Shown here piece by piece: positions 52,514 to 64,000 of a stretch of 64,000 nt of DNA; position 1 is the first letter of the stretch, and every line of letters begins with the position of its first letter. Source of the DNA: Octopus sinensis (Eukaryota); NCBI RefSeq assembly GCF_006345805.1, contig NC_043005.1:22878001-22942000 (forward strand), read 5' to 3'. The notes beneath the pieces are model-generated. The model did not search any database. It saw only the letters and a program-made list of their open reading frames with translations, and was not told the origin of the DNA. Position numbers and translations under genes: made by a program.

Positions 52514-52586
52514 ACATCCAACAGGTTATAGTAATAAGAAAAAGAAATGAGAAATTAAATGCCTGTATTATTAAACCAATACTCAC

Positions 52587-52680
52587 AGCAGAAAAACACC
52601 CGATGGCCATGTAAATTGTACACCACTGGAAGCCAACACTGTCCATAAGAAATCCACTTAAAGATGGTCCAACGAATTCA
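52587..52680 (-). CDS. SLC18B1: SLC18B1-like exon (copy 2)
   Basis: As 10591-10684 but WCTIYM instead of WCTTYM. Confidence 0.88.
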
Positions 52681-53589
52681 CTGAAAGAACACAATTACTA
52701 ATAGGTGAGAATTATGTATGCAGGTCAATTCAAAATGAATCTCTTCCATATAATCATGTAAACCAATACTACTAGCTTTATTGTGAAGCAGTCAGCAAGT
52801 AAACCAACAATAGCCAAAGAGTCTCACTTAGGTATGTGAATGACAGAGGGAGAATATTAGTTCGATGGCAAATATCATTTACCCTATTTTGACAAGTATG
52901 GAGACAACTTCTGACATATTTCAATCTTATTAAACCTCTTCAGGAAAGTATAGTCCTCAGTGAACTTGCAAAAGTAGTAGTGAGGGACCAACATCATCAT
53001 CATCATCATCATTTAACATCCCCTTTTCTATGCTTGCATCAGTCAGATGAAATTTGTTGAAGCAGAGTTTCTACAGTTAGATGCCTTCCTGTCACCAACT
53101 CTCACCTGTTTCCAAGCAAAATCATATTTCCCTTTTGCCAGACATATTTGTTATGCAAGACCAGAAATGAACAGCACCAGTCATACGACAGTGATGCAGG
53201 TTAATAATCAGCACATGATATCAAGACAAGGTTACACACATACACACACACTGCATATATGTATACACAGCTGATTTTTTTCTGATGTGTGCTCCAATAT
53301 CTGCTTTGGCATGGTTTCTATGGCTGAATGCCCATCCTAACACTAACCACTTTACAGCATACACTGGTTGCTTTTTTGTGCCACTAGCATTAATGAAGTT
53401 GCCATGCAGTTCGCAGGGCTATGAACCCTGGGAGAGAAGAGGTATCAGCTTCATGCTAGGGGACAAGGGAGTTACTATGAGAGTGCGGTAGAGCAGGATC
53501 CTGCAGAGGGATCTTCTTTTTCTACCTTCAGTGTTTCTGTTCATGGTTTACGCTGGTTGTATATTTACTACAATGATACTGATCAAACC

Positions 53590-54148
53590 GTGTAGGCACG
53601 TGGTTTAGTGGTTAGGGTGTCAGCATCATAATCGTAAGGTTGTGGTTTCAATTCCTGGACCGGGTGATGTGTTGTGTTCTTGAGCAAGACACTTCATTTC
53701 ATGTTGCTCCAGTCCACTCAGCTGGCAAAAATAAATAACGTTGCGATGGACTGGCATCCCATCCAGCTGGGGAACACATACGCCACTGAAACCAGGAAAC
53801 CGAGCCCATGAGCCTGGCTAGGCTTTAAAAGGGTGCATTTATTTTGTGGAGGCACATGGCCTAGTGGTTAGAGTTGCGGACTTGTGGTTGAGGGATTACA
53901 GGTTCGAATCTCAGACTGGACGATGTGTGTGTTTATGAGCGAAACACCTAAGCTCCATGCGGCTCTGGCAGAAGGTAATGGCAAAACTTCTGCTGACTCT
54001 TTCGCCACAACTTTCTCTCACTCTTTCTTCCTGCATCTTGCAGCTCATCTGCAATGGGCTGGCGTCCCATCCAGGTGGGGAACCTATACGCCAAGAAACC
54101 GGGAAACCGGCCCTTATGAGCCAGGCATGGCTCGAAAAGGAACAAACA
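53590..54148 (+). mobile_element. Two different tRNA-derived SINEs head-to-tail, present only in copy 2
   Basis: SINE A 53590-53845 and SINE B 53846-54148, inside a perfect 12-bp TSD ACTGATCAAACC (53578-53589, 54149-54160); empty site at about 11536-11547. Confidence 0.92.
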
Positions 54149-54261
54149 ACTGATCAAACCACAATTTACTGATACTTAATTTTCTTTTATACCATATCAC
54201 ATCAGATTCTTCTTTTATGGAAAAACATATCATAGCAGTGAAATCAATGTCAATATATATA

Positions 54262-54522
54262 AAAATAAAATAATAAATGTACCATTTTAAAACCTAGCCA
54301 GGCTCATGGGCCCAGTTTCCCGGTTCTATGGTGTATGTGTTCCCCAGCTGGATGGGACACCAGTCCATTGCAGCATTACTCATTTGCCAGTTGAGTGGAC
54401 TGGAGCAATGTGAAATGAAGTGTTTTGCTCAAAAACACAACATGTCGCCTGGTCCAGGAATTGAAACCACAATCTTATGATCATGATGCTGACACCCTAT
54501 CCACTAAGCCATGCACCTCCAC
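54262..54522 (-). mobile_element. SINE A copy in reverse orientation, present only in copy 2
   Basis: Reverse complement of 53590-53845; degenerate TSD caatatatata / caatacataca; empty site at about 11640-11650. Confidence 0.9.
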
Positions 54523-54599
54523 CAATACATACAAACTATAATTAAATATGGAATAACATAACAGATCAATATGGTAAATGAATCAATCCAACAACCTAC

Positions 54600-54674
54600 C
54601 CGAATGCATACATTGATCCCCAAATACCAGATACTAATCCATATGTACTGGAACATTTTTGTAGTCCTGCTTCT
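54600..54674 (-). CDS. SLC18B1: SLC18B1-like exon (copy 2)
   Basis: Identical to 11717-11791. Confidence 0.88.
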
Positions 54675-55598
54675 CTATAACAAAGGAAAGAAATATTATG
54701 ACATCGTTAATGTATTATTATGATAGGATTATTCAAAGAATATGTGAACATAGCTACAACATAATGAGTCCCATAATCTAATTGAGTGTTGGGGCCCTTT
54801 TGAAGATTTCATCATCATATAAATATATCTAGGATAAGTCAGCTTTGTTAACATGAGCCCTGCTCCAAAGAAGTTAAACTCAGCACAACAAAATAATAAA
54901 AGAACAGTAAATCTTGATGTTGTTGTTGCTGATAGTATACAATAGTATAATATGCCTTACAGTTTACAGTTAGGTGTACTGAACCAATGAGAATGAATGA
55001 AAAGACAAGAAAAATTCTTTGCACCTGGTTGTCTCATGCCATAGTGACTCATCTACTGAAATAAAAAATTTTAAATGGAGTGTAGCCAACATCTGGCAAT
55101 AATAACTGTTAATTCTTCTATAATACATGTCTTCCTTTATATATTTAGTTAAATTTTTGCATGAATATAAAAACTTTGCAAATGAGAGGTGCTAATTGTC
55201 TTACCAATGATAATTAATATGTGAAATTAACTTGCTATAAACTCTGATTTAAAATTACTACCGTTAACCCTTCAAGGTCATATCAGACCCAAATATTCTA
55301 CCTGTTTTATGTTCAAACTGACCAGATCAGGCTTCTCACTCCTACCCTGCAATGTCATTCTAAAAGCTACAAGATGATGTATGATAAACTCAAAACAGCA
55401 TGAATAAATAAGGATTACATTTGACAAAGTAACCTGAATGCTAAAGGGTTAAACTTCTTATGTAGCTCATTATTGCCAGTATTCTTTCCAAACCACTTAG
55501 GCAAATCAAATTTGTAAAATAAAAATATCTCCTACCCAAGGTATTTAGGGATAAAAACCAAAGGAATCTATGGACAGAAATGAATGATAACTACTTAC

Positions 55599-55694
55599 AT
55601 TGCAAGTTCTAGAAGCATGTCATATGTTGGTAGAACTGTGAGACTTACAAATATACCAAGTAATGCAAGGCATATGATATTTAACCACAAAAGA
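55599..55694 (-). CDS. SLC18B1: SLC18B1-like exon (copy 2)
   Basis: Identical to 12721-12816. Confidence 0.88.
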
Positions 55695-56639
55695 CTGAAA
55701 AGAAAGAAAGAATAAGACACATTAGAAATAATATGAATTAACTGTCGACAGTTTAATGTAAATTGATATTAGATATTATATGGCCTTGTGCCAAAATTTG
55801 AAACCGATATTAGATATTATAAAAGGTGGCAGAAATGTTAGCATGTCGGGCGAAATGCTTAGCAGTATTTTGTCTGTCTTTTTGCCTCAATGAACTGTCT
55901 GACACATGCAAGTATAAAAAAGTGGACACTAAAATATATGCATACATATAGAGATAATATACATACATGTGTGTGTGTGTATGTGTTTATACATTCTTTT
56001 AACTTTTAGTTTGTTTTAGACTGGCCACCTTCCTGAAAAAGGAAATTGTCATCATCTCGTGTAAGTGCATATCCTTTGAATTATAAGAATGTTTTACAAA
56101 TTTTGAAGGCTCTGGATATCACAGACATTTGTAGCTGATGAATTAAGGAGCTATGTTGTTTCTTCAGAAATCCAAGGCCAAGTTATACTTTGTCCAGTCA
56201 GGCTGGTATGTAATCTGTAGCTCCAACAATAACAAGTATGGAGATAAATGTGCATCTTGCATATTGGATCGGAAAACTTCTCATCAATGGTCTTTAAGTA
56301 TCTTCCCCCTTTTGCATTTTTCTTACCAAACTGACATCAAGTGGGCAACTGTTTTCTATGACAAAGCATGCTTATAATGAGTGTTCACAAACAATAATAT
56401 CAGGCTGGTTGCAGTTTTTATTTTTAGGTTCTACCAGTTTTCCTTTGAGCTGTCTGTCTCAACACATTCCTTCCCATTTTGATTTTATTTTTGTCTTCTG
56501 CAAGGGCATTCCATTTTGTTCTAGCTAACACATAATGTCTCACAGGGAAGTAGTAATGAGACAACATTCTTTCACAGTTGGCAATAATGTGGCTAACATG
56601 CTCAATTTTATTTTGCACAACTGATATTTTTTGTCAACT

Positions 56640-57800
56640 GATAACCTTCCTTTTGCCATCTTTGTAGGAACTTCATTATTCCACATTCATAGAACTTCAG
56701 GTCCTTATCAGCCATAAACTGAAGCAAGTGCAAATTCTGTTCATCATCATTGTTGAAAGTTTTAACATTCAAAGAATTTTGCAAATTTCGAAATAAGTGG
56801 TAATCTGTTGGTGCAAGGTCAGTGCTATATGGTGAATGTGACATCACTTCCCAGCCAAGCTCCAATAATTTTTCACAAGTTAGCAAAGATGTGCATGGCC
56901 TAGTGTTGTCACGGTGGAACTTAATATCTTTAAGATTTGACAATTCTGGCCATTTTTTGTTGACTGCTTCCTCTTGTTTCATTAGTTGTTGACAGTAAAC
57001 ATCTGTATTGATCGTTTGGTTCTTTGGAAGCAGCTCCAAATACACAACACCTTTGTAATCCCACAAAATTGACAGCATGACCTTTTTTTGATGCAATTCT
57101 GTTTTTGATGTGGTTTGTGCTGGTTCATTACGCTTGGACCATGATCATTTTCGATTGATGTTATTGTAGACAATCCATTTTTCATCATCAGTGATGATTC
57201 TGTTCAAAATAAGGTCGATTTCATTACGTTCAGATGCATATCACAAATATTGATTCATTGTGTTAAGTGAATCTCTTTCAATTTCTGTGGAACCCAAATA
57301 TTGTGCTTCTTAACAAGTCCAAGACATTTTAAGTGATTTTCAGTTGTTATGATATATTTAACCTCTCTACACAGTTATGACATTTAGATTCAATTATGGC
57401 TTTGATTCGGTCATCATCAATTTCAGTAGGTCGACCAGAACGTTGGTCATCTTTGAGTGAAAAATCTCCTGAACATAATTTTTAAAACCTCTCTGTGATG
57501 TGCATTCTGTTAAGCAATCAATACCATAAACTTCACATATCTCTTTGTGAGCCTCAGCAGCTTTCTTGCCTTTACGAAAATAAAAAAGCAAAATATGGCA
57601 AAAATGTTCGTTTTTGCACTCAATGTTAAAATTGACATTGAACTAACAGCTGTAAACAAAATTATGTGCAATTTGCTTCTAAAATAAAGTAAAAGTAAAA
57701 GCTGTCAAAAGGAAAAAAGTCATGACATTAACAAAAGTTATTCAAAACAATCAAAACTTTATCTGTTTACAAAAACAAAATTACTTTCTTGCCAACCCAG
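56640..57800 (-). mobile_element. Mariner pseudogene (counterpart of 13760-14939, more diverged than its flanks)
   Basis: FHRDNTRP, SPYSTDLAPTDYHLF; same TIR and TA at 57801-57802. Confidence 0.92.
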
Positions 57801-60124
57801 TATGTGATGTAACACTATGTATGTATGTCTCTCCTGTTTTTCATCATTTAAATTTCTCCTCTGAAGAAGGATCTAGTTTCTAACAATGATACAAAATTCC
57901 ATCTTTGGAATGTATATAACAAAAATAATGTCACGTTTTAAGTCTGATAAAGGTCTTTCATAGTTTTATTGTTCCACTTACAGATTGTATTTGTAATGTA
58001 TGAATCGCTTGGTTGATTGCTTTCACTAATACCATTACCATAATTAAAGAGGTTTCTCAATTATTAAAATTTGCCATTAGCCATGTAATTTGCAGAAACC
58101 ACCAAATTAAAATTCATGTTAGATAATTTAATACAGGGCTTTGTTTGAACCTGTTACACCTTTCCCCTGGATATATTTATGAATATAAAATATGCATATA
58201 AGCACACACACACACACACACACACATACACACACACACACACACACATGTGCTTTGAGACATCTGTAAATAACTGAATTGTAGTAATATATCCTTTTGT
58301 AATACATATACCTCTCACTTTGTGTGAGTGTTTGTGAAGTCATCTGAGTATGTATATATGTGTATAGTCTTCATTATCATTACCATCATCATTGTTTAAC
58401 GTCTGCCTTCCATACTGGCATGGGTGGGATTGTTTGACAGGAGCCAGCCAAGCAGAAGCCTGCACTAGACTTCTGTGATTGTTTTGGCAGGATTTTTACA
58501 GCTGGGTGCCCTTCCTAACACCAACCACCCAGCAGAGTGAACTTAGTGCTTTTTTGCATGGCACAAGCACAGGTAAGGTCAGTTTTGGCAAGGTTTTTAC
58601 AGCTGGATTCCCTTCCATATGCCAACCACTTTACAGTGTGAACTGGATGCTTTTTAAGTGGCACCTGCATTGGAAGAGATGATCTTGTATCAGATGATGA
58701 AAGGCTATAATGAGACAGAAACATGTGTCTTGCTGTAGAGGAGATACACGGTTACAGAGAGAGGGAGGGAGAGAGTGGAGAGAGAGAGAACAAAAATGAG
58801 GACAGAAACAGGTGTGTTGCTGCGAAGGAGATACATGGTTACCTGAGCTGAGGGAAGTGCAGGAGGAGAGAGAGTGGGAGACATCAGGACAGAGATGATG
58901 GCAAAGTGCCAGGCATACTCACATATATTCTAATATTGAACAGTGAGAATAAGTGCTCAACACTGTATTTCATCATCATCATCGTTTAACATATGTTTTC
59001 CATACTGGCATGAGTTGGACGGTTTGATAGAGCTGGCCAGCCAGGGAGCTGTCCAGACTCCAACTGTCTACTGTGGCATGGCTTCTACAGCTTGATGTCC
59101 TTCCTAATGCCAACCACTTTACAGAAAATGCTGGGTGCTTTTTACATGCCACCAGCTTGGGGGCATTTATACAGCACTGGCACAAGTGCATTTTTTGTGA
59201 CACTGGCACTTGCAAGGACAAGCCTGTATGTATGGATGACAGCAATTTTACTTAGCTTGATATATCTTTTCAAGTACAGAAAATCATCACAACTACTAGT
59301 CCCTTGTCATTTCCTCAATGAGGCCCAGTGTCCGAAGATCCTTTCTCACCACTTTGTCCCACATCCACCTGAATTCTTATTCCATTCAAATTTTGACCTG
59401 CTATAATCACTAATTATATTTTTTCACTTCATTATATATTCTACAATGTTTTTGTTCACATACACACATGCATACATCCATATTGCCAACATACACATTC
59501 ACATATATATATTCCTTTCTACTCTAGAGACAAATTTTGGGGAGGGGGAGGCAATCGATTAGGTCAACCCCAGTATGCAACTGGTACTTAATTCATCGAC
59601 CCCAAAGGATGAAAGGCAAAGTCAACCTCAGTGGAATTTGAGCTGAGAACGTAAAGACTGACAAAATACCGCTAAGCATTTCATCCAGCGTGCTAACATT
59701 TCTGCCAGCTCACCACCTTATTCACATATATATTGAAACATACAAATACATACACATAGATAAAAAAAAACAGGTTCAACACATCTTTGCTCATGCCGTT
59801 ATGATACACAATAGTTCATTGATGATGTTATGACAGTTAAGATATAAACATTATCGAGAGAAAAAGAATACTAGATAAAACTAGTGAATAGGTGAGAACG
59901 TTGTAGATTAATTGTTAAGGAGAGAGCAGCTAGACACATTAATTCATCAAGCATATACCTATCAATAATACTACAGATTAACAAAATATATCATATTAGA
60001 CTCCACCCAACGCCATCCAAAATTGCTACGTCAATCAATATTAACTCAAATACACGGTCTATACATATCAAGTAAACACAAACAGAACTCACATAATGCC
60101 TGATTTTACCAGCAGAAAATCTAG

Positions 60125-60166
<42 letters not shown>

Positions 60167-60371
60167 TCAAAATGTGACCTCGTGTGTACCGTTGGCGATT
60201 TCTTTCCTCTGTCTTCCTTCTCGGGATCTTTCCTTCTCCTATGTTTCCGACGAAGAGCTCCGCTCGAAACTTTAAACCCTCCTTCTTCCCTTCTTTCCTG
60301 AGTGTCCAATAATACTATATTTGCTCCACGTCCTCGCGTTGTTGTGTTTTTTTTTGTTTTCTTGTTTGGAT

Positions 60372-60412
<41 letters not shown>

Positions 60413-60721
60413 TATATATATAAATACACACACGTATATATATATAGTGAGAATTTACAAAAAAACAAAAGACAAAGACAAGTGTGTAAACAACAAACAG
60501 ATGTATTAGTTTAATGCTTGGAAAGTGAAAAAGTCTTTTACATTTCGAACCTATGCCATTCAACAGAAAGGAACACAGAAATAAACAGGGAGAGAAAATA
60601 GAAAAACTTTTAGTGGCTAGCAATCTATCATGGTGAATGCTGGATAGAGGGGCCACAGAGGAGAGCTAGGAAGAAAGGGAGATAATAAAGTAGTGGTGAT
60701 CCCAAAATGAAGGTGCGCATG

Positions 60722-62075
60722 CAGTATTTCACTTATCCTCGTGGGATTTCCTGTGAGGGAGCCATCTTTTTGGAAGAGAGGTCCTATTCTCTGGCACACT
60801 GTGGCTGTCTCTTTGGCAAACTTATAGAAAGCTTTAGGGTTTGACTTGATATTTTCTATTACCCAAGCTTCTTTATCTGCTCTCTCCTTTTCATGAGACT
60901 GATGCAGACTTTTCTCAATTTCCATTAGCATTCTCTTGAGACAAGACTTCTCACCACTTTTGGTGTGCTTGCTCAGGCGGTTCGCAATCCTTGTCCGTCG
61001 TCTCATAAGAATCTTCTTTTCTCTAGGGATCCTGTTTTTGTGTGTGCTGGCCTTCCACACTGGGACATATTTGTCACATATGGCTTGTATTATGGACATG
61101 AAACGTTTGTGTTTCATGTCAATGTCTGGTGTGGAGAGACATTTAGGCCAATCCTGTTTGAGGATCTCTTTCTCAATCAACTTCCAATTTGCTTTATGAA
61201 AGTTTAATTTGGGGAGATTGTGCATGCTTCGTATAGGCTGTGTATCTGCGGGGGCTTTTGGTCCATACATAGACAGCTCTATTATGTTGTGATCCAAGAT
61301 CATTGTCGGTATCACTTTAACATTATGGATAATATCCATATTGTTTGTGAAACAGAGATGCAGTATATTATTTGCCCTGGTTGGTTGCAGAACTGTTTGC
61401 TCCATGAAAGAAGCATTTGTAAGATGGATCGGGGACTCTGCCTGTGCTTGCTGATGGTGTGTCATCCCCGGGAGCATCTGCACCCCCCAGGCCATTCCAC
61501 ATTGGGGAAGTTAAAGTCACCCATGAAGAATACACTGTTGTGTTGTTCCAGTTTGGTGAGAACTTCTATTTTTGTTAGGCAGTCTTCAACCATGCCTGTG
61601 TGATTTGGGGCATCCGGTGGGCGATATGTAGTACATATGACGATATTCAGTTGTCTTATGTGTACAATTTGAGTGTCACACACTGAGTTTGAATATGACA
61701 ACAGGACCTGGGGCATGAGGTCATCTCGGATATACACTGCAACTCCACCATGACTCCTCCCTTTTCTATCTGAGCATATGACAACATATTGCGGTATGTT
61801 TATTTCTGCATCCCCTATATCAGGTCCAAGATGCATTTCTATGAGTGCCATGCATATAGCTTGATTGCATGTTGTAAGGTCTGTCAGGAATGAAATTTTC
61901 TTTTTACAGTTGTCGCGCAGCAGCTCTCCTACGTTCAGAAGAAATATTTTTGTGGCGTGTGTGTTGGTGTTTGTGGTGGCCATCCTGCATCTGTTGGTGG
62001 TGGCCTTATGTGGTGGTAGTTCCAGCTTTGTGTTTGTAGCCAAGTCAGCTGCTGGACAATTTTTTGTGCCATGCA
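60722..62075 (-). mobile_element. CR1-type LINE endonuclease fragment (duplicate of 17848-19205)
   Basis: ORFs 61462-62253 and 60617-61495; fewer frameshifts than copy 1. Confidence 0.9.
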
Positions 62076-62134
62076 CAAAAAGAATATATATATATATATA
62101 CACACACACACATATATATACATATATATATAAA

Positions 62135-62578
62135 TAAGAGAGATAGAGATCAACAGAATCAAGAACACATGCGTCAAGAGCAAAGGCAGCCATACTTAGA
62201 AAATATGAGAAACAGAGTTCAAGAAAGAAGGAAAAATATGGAAGATGAAACACAGAATTATCTTATGATAGACAGAGCTCAAATAAGAAGATGGAATATA
62301 ATGGAACAACAAAATTCTCAATTTATTATTGGTAAGATGAACATAATATGCCCGCACTGTCATGCATTTAGATTTCTGCAGGAAGCATTTAATTGCTGCC
62401 ATAATGGTAGGTAGATTAGGCAAGGTTTCCTTACCTAATCTACAAAAATATCCTGACCAGTTAAAACAACTTTTGGAGAATATTGACATTGAAGGAATGA
62501 ACTTTAGACAGAACATCAGAAACTATAACTAAATGTATTCATTTGCCTCATTTGGAACCAATGTTTCACCACCAATAG
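62135..62578 (+). mobile_element. Helitron Rep-helicase N-terminal fragment (duplicate)
   Basis: ORF 62064-62414 ends IGKMNIICPHCHAFRFLQEAFNCCHNGR. Confidence 0.85.
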
Positions 62579-64000
62579 ATAGATAGATACAAACATATAT
62601 ATATACATTTGTGTGTGTGTGGGTGCATGTGCACCCATGTGCACACACGTAAGATTGATCGTTTGACTGACTGTAGAAGTAAAGTGATATCAATAATATT
62701 AACCCTACATTATTGCTACATAGTTTATCAACCCTAGAAACATGAAAGGCTACGTCGACCTTGGCTAGATATGAACTCAGGATGCAAAATAATATATCTA
62801 GATATAGCAAAATATTTTTATCTTGACTCCTCCCTTTTTGCTGCCCACCAGCTTAATTATTTTAAACAATTTCTTTTATTAATAATATTGAATTCTAATA
62901 TTATTAATAACAAAGAAAATAATTTATATAGCATTATAATATCACTAAATGAAATCACTAAATCTAATTAAAATAAATTATTCATTATTTATACAAATGA
63001 AAGAATGCAAACATTTTGTTTGGCTTTGTTTAATGACGAAATAGCTAACTAATTAATAAAACTTCTAGTATATTACTTACACTTCACTGATTTCATTTTC
63101 TATTCTATTCTGCACATTTTTAAATGATTTTAAAATAGAAAAAATCCTGTATTATTTCAGTTATTCAATAGAATCTTTCTTTTTTTCCTGGACATTTTTA
63201 CAGCTAGTTATTATGTTTTGTTTTTTTCTCTATGCTTCTGTTTTAATATTTTCTATTTTGGACTTTCATTGTTATAATTTATATATATATTTTATACCAA
63301 ATATTCAGATATGACAAAAGAATTTACAGCTATTTCACAGCTTAACAGAATTTGTCTTATGTGAGGCCTGAACAATCAAGTAAAGCCTCTACATAGCTAT
63401 TCATTCTGTTCAATGTAGTAACCAAATTGACCCTCAACAAACTGCTTTCAGACTTGAAAATGGATATTGTATTGTTATATTGTTCTTTAACTGCAGGCAA
63501 CTCAGCTGAGCAAACATAATCAAAAACATTCAAAGCATGACCATCTTTCTATTTATTCTGGATTCATACGTATCCTTCTCTTTTTAAGATAATAGGTTCC
63601 CTTTTTAAAATTAGAGGAATTTTTTACATGCTATTTTTAGCAGGACATGCCACAATATATAAACTACCTTTTTCACATTCAACAACTGTTTAATGGTTTT
63701 GCATGGTGTATTCTATAATGCAAAAGAGCAAGATTTTCACATTCATTTTCAGTATTCAAATTGCAGATCACATTATACACAAAGTGACATTGTGCATTTA
63801 TAAAAAACCATAAATTCTTCATTTCAAACATCTTTGGATTACCTCCATTGCAAGAATATTACATCAACAGTTCGGAAACTCTTTTTAACCCAGAATGTTT
63901 AATCAATTCACATTGTATGTTCATAGCAGTTGGTTTTGAGTTCAATGCCACTGCATGACACCTTAAGCAAGCATCTTTTTGTGGGTAGAATCTGGGGAGA

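Larger units (their letters stand above)
42003..64000 (+). repeat. Near-identical direct duplicate of 1 to about 21130
   Basis: Position 1 equals 42003; colinear to the window end with the offset growing from 42002 to about 42870 through insertions; ORF track is duplicated. Confidence 0.98.

Noticed and set aside
53590-53920. tRNA-like sequences as tRNA genes (also 4300-4370, 4471-4545, 21279-21350)
   Set aside because: No clean acceptor stems, and each continues into a SINE body with tail or TSD

Overview
AT-rich, repeat-saturated animal genomic DNA. The repeat repertoire and (TA)n/(CA)n/(ATT)n density look like an octopus or other coleoid cephalopod (inference only). The only host gene I can support is a minus-strand MFS transporter of the SLC18B1 (vesicular polyamine transporter) type. 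I reconstructed nine GT-AG exons (34564 down to 7065); its 5' part is lost at a 100-N gap (34572-34671). Positions 1 to about 21130 recur almost verbatim at 42003-64000, so the last four exons occur twice. The two copies are nearly identical except for homopolymer indels and two sharply bounded divergent patches, one with extra SINE insertions; this is either an uncollapsed haplotype or a homogenised tandem duplication. The rest is mobile-element debris: RTE LINEs with a PHD-type finger inside the RT, a Gypsy pol relic split by an RTE, a solo LTR, CR1-, Tx1- and R4/Dong-like LINE fragments, three mariner families, piggyBac-type elements, Helitrons and tRNA-derived SINEs. The most unusual signal is a set of degenerate hammerhead-ribozyme-like motifs in several short repeat families, including one family with a tRNA-like Pol III head. 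All calls are from reading the sequence; no searches were run.
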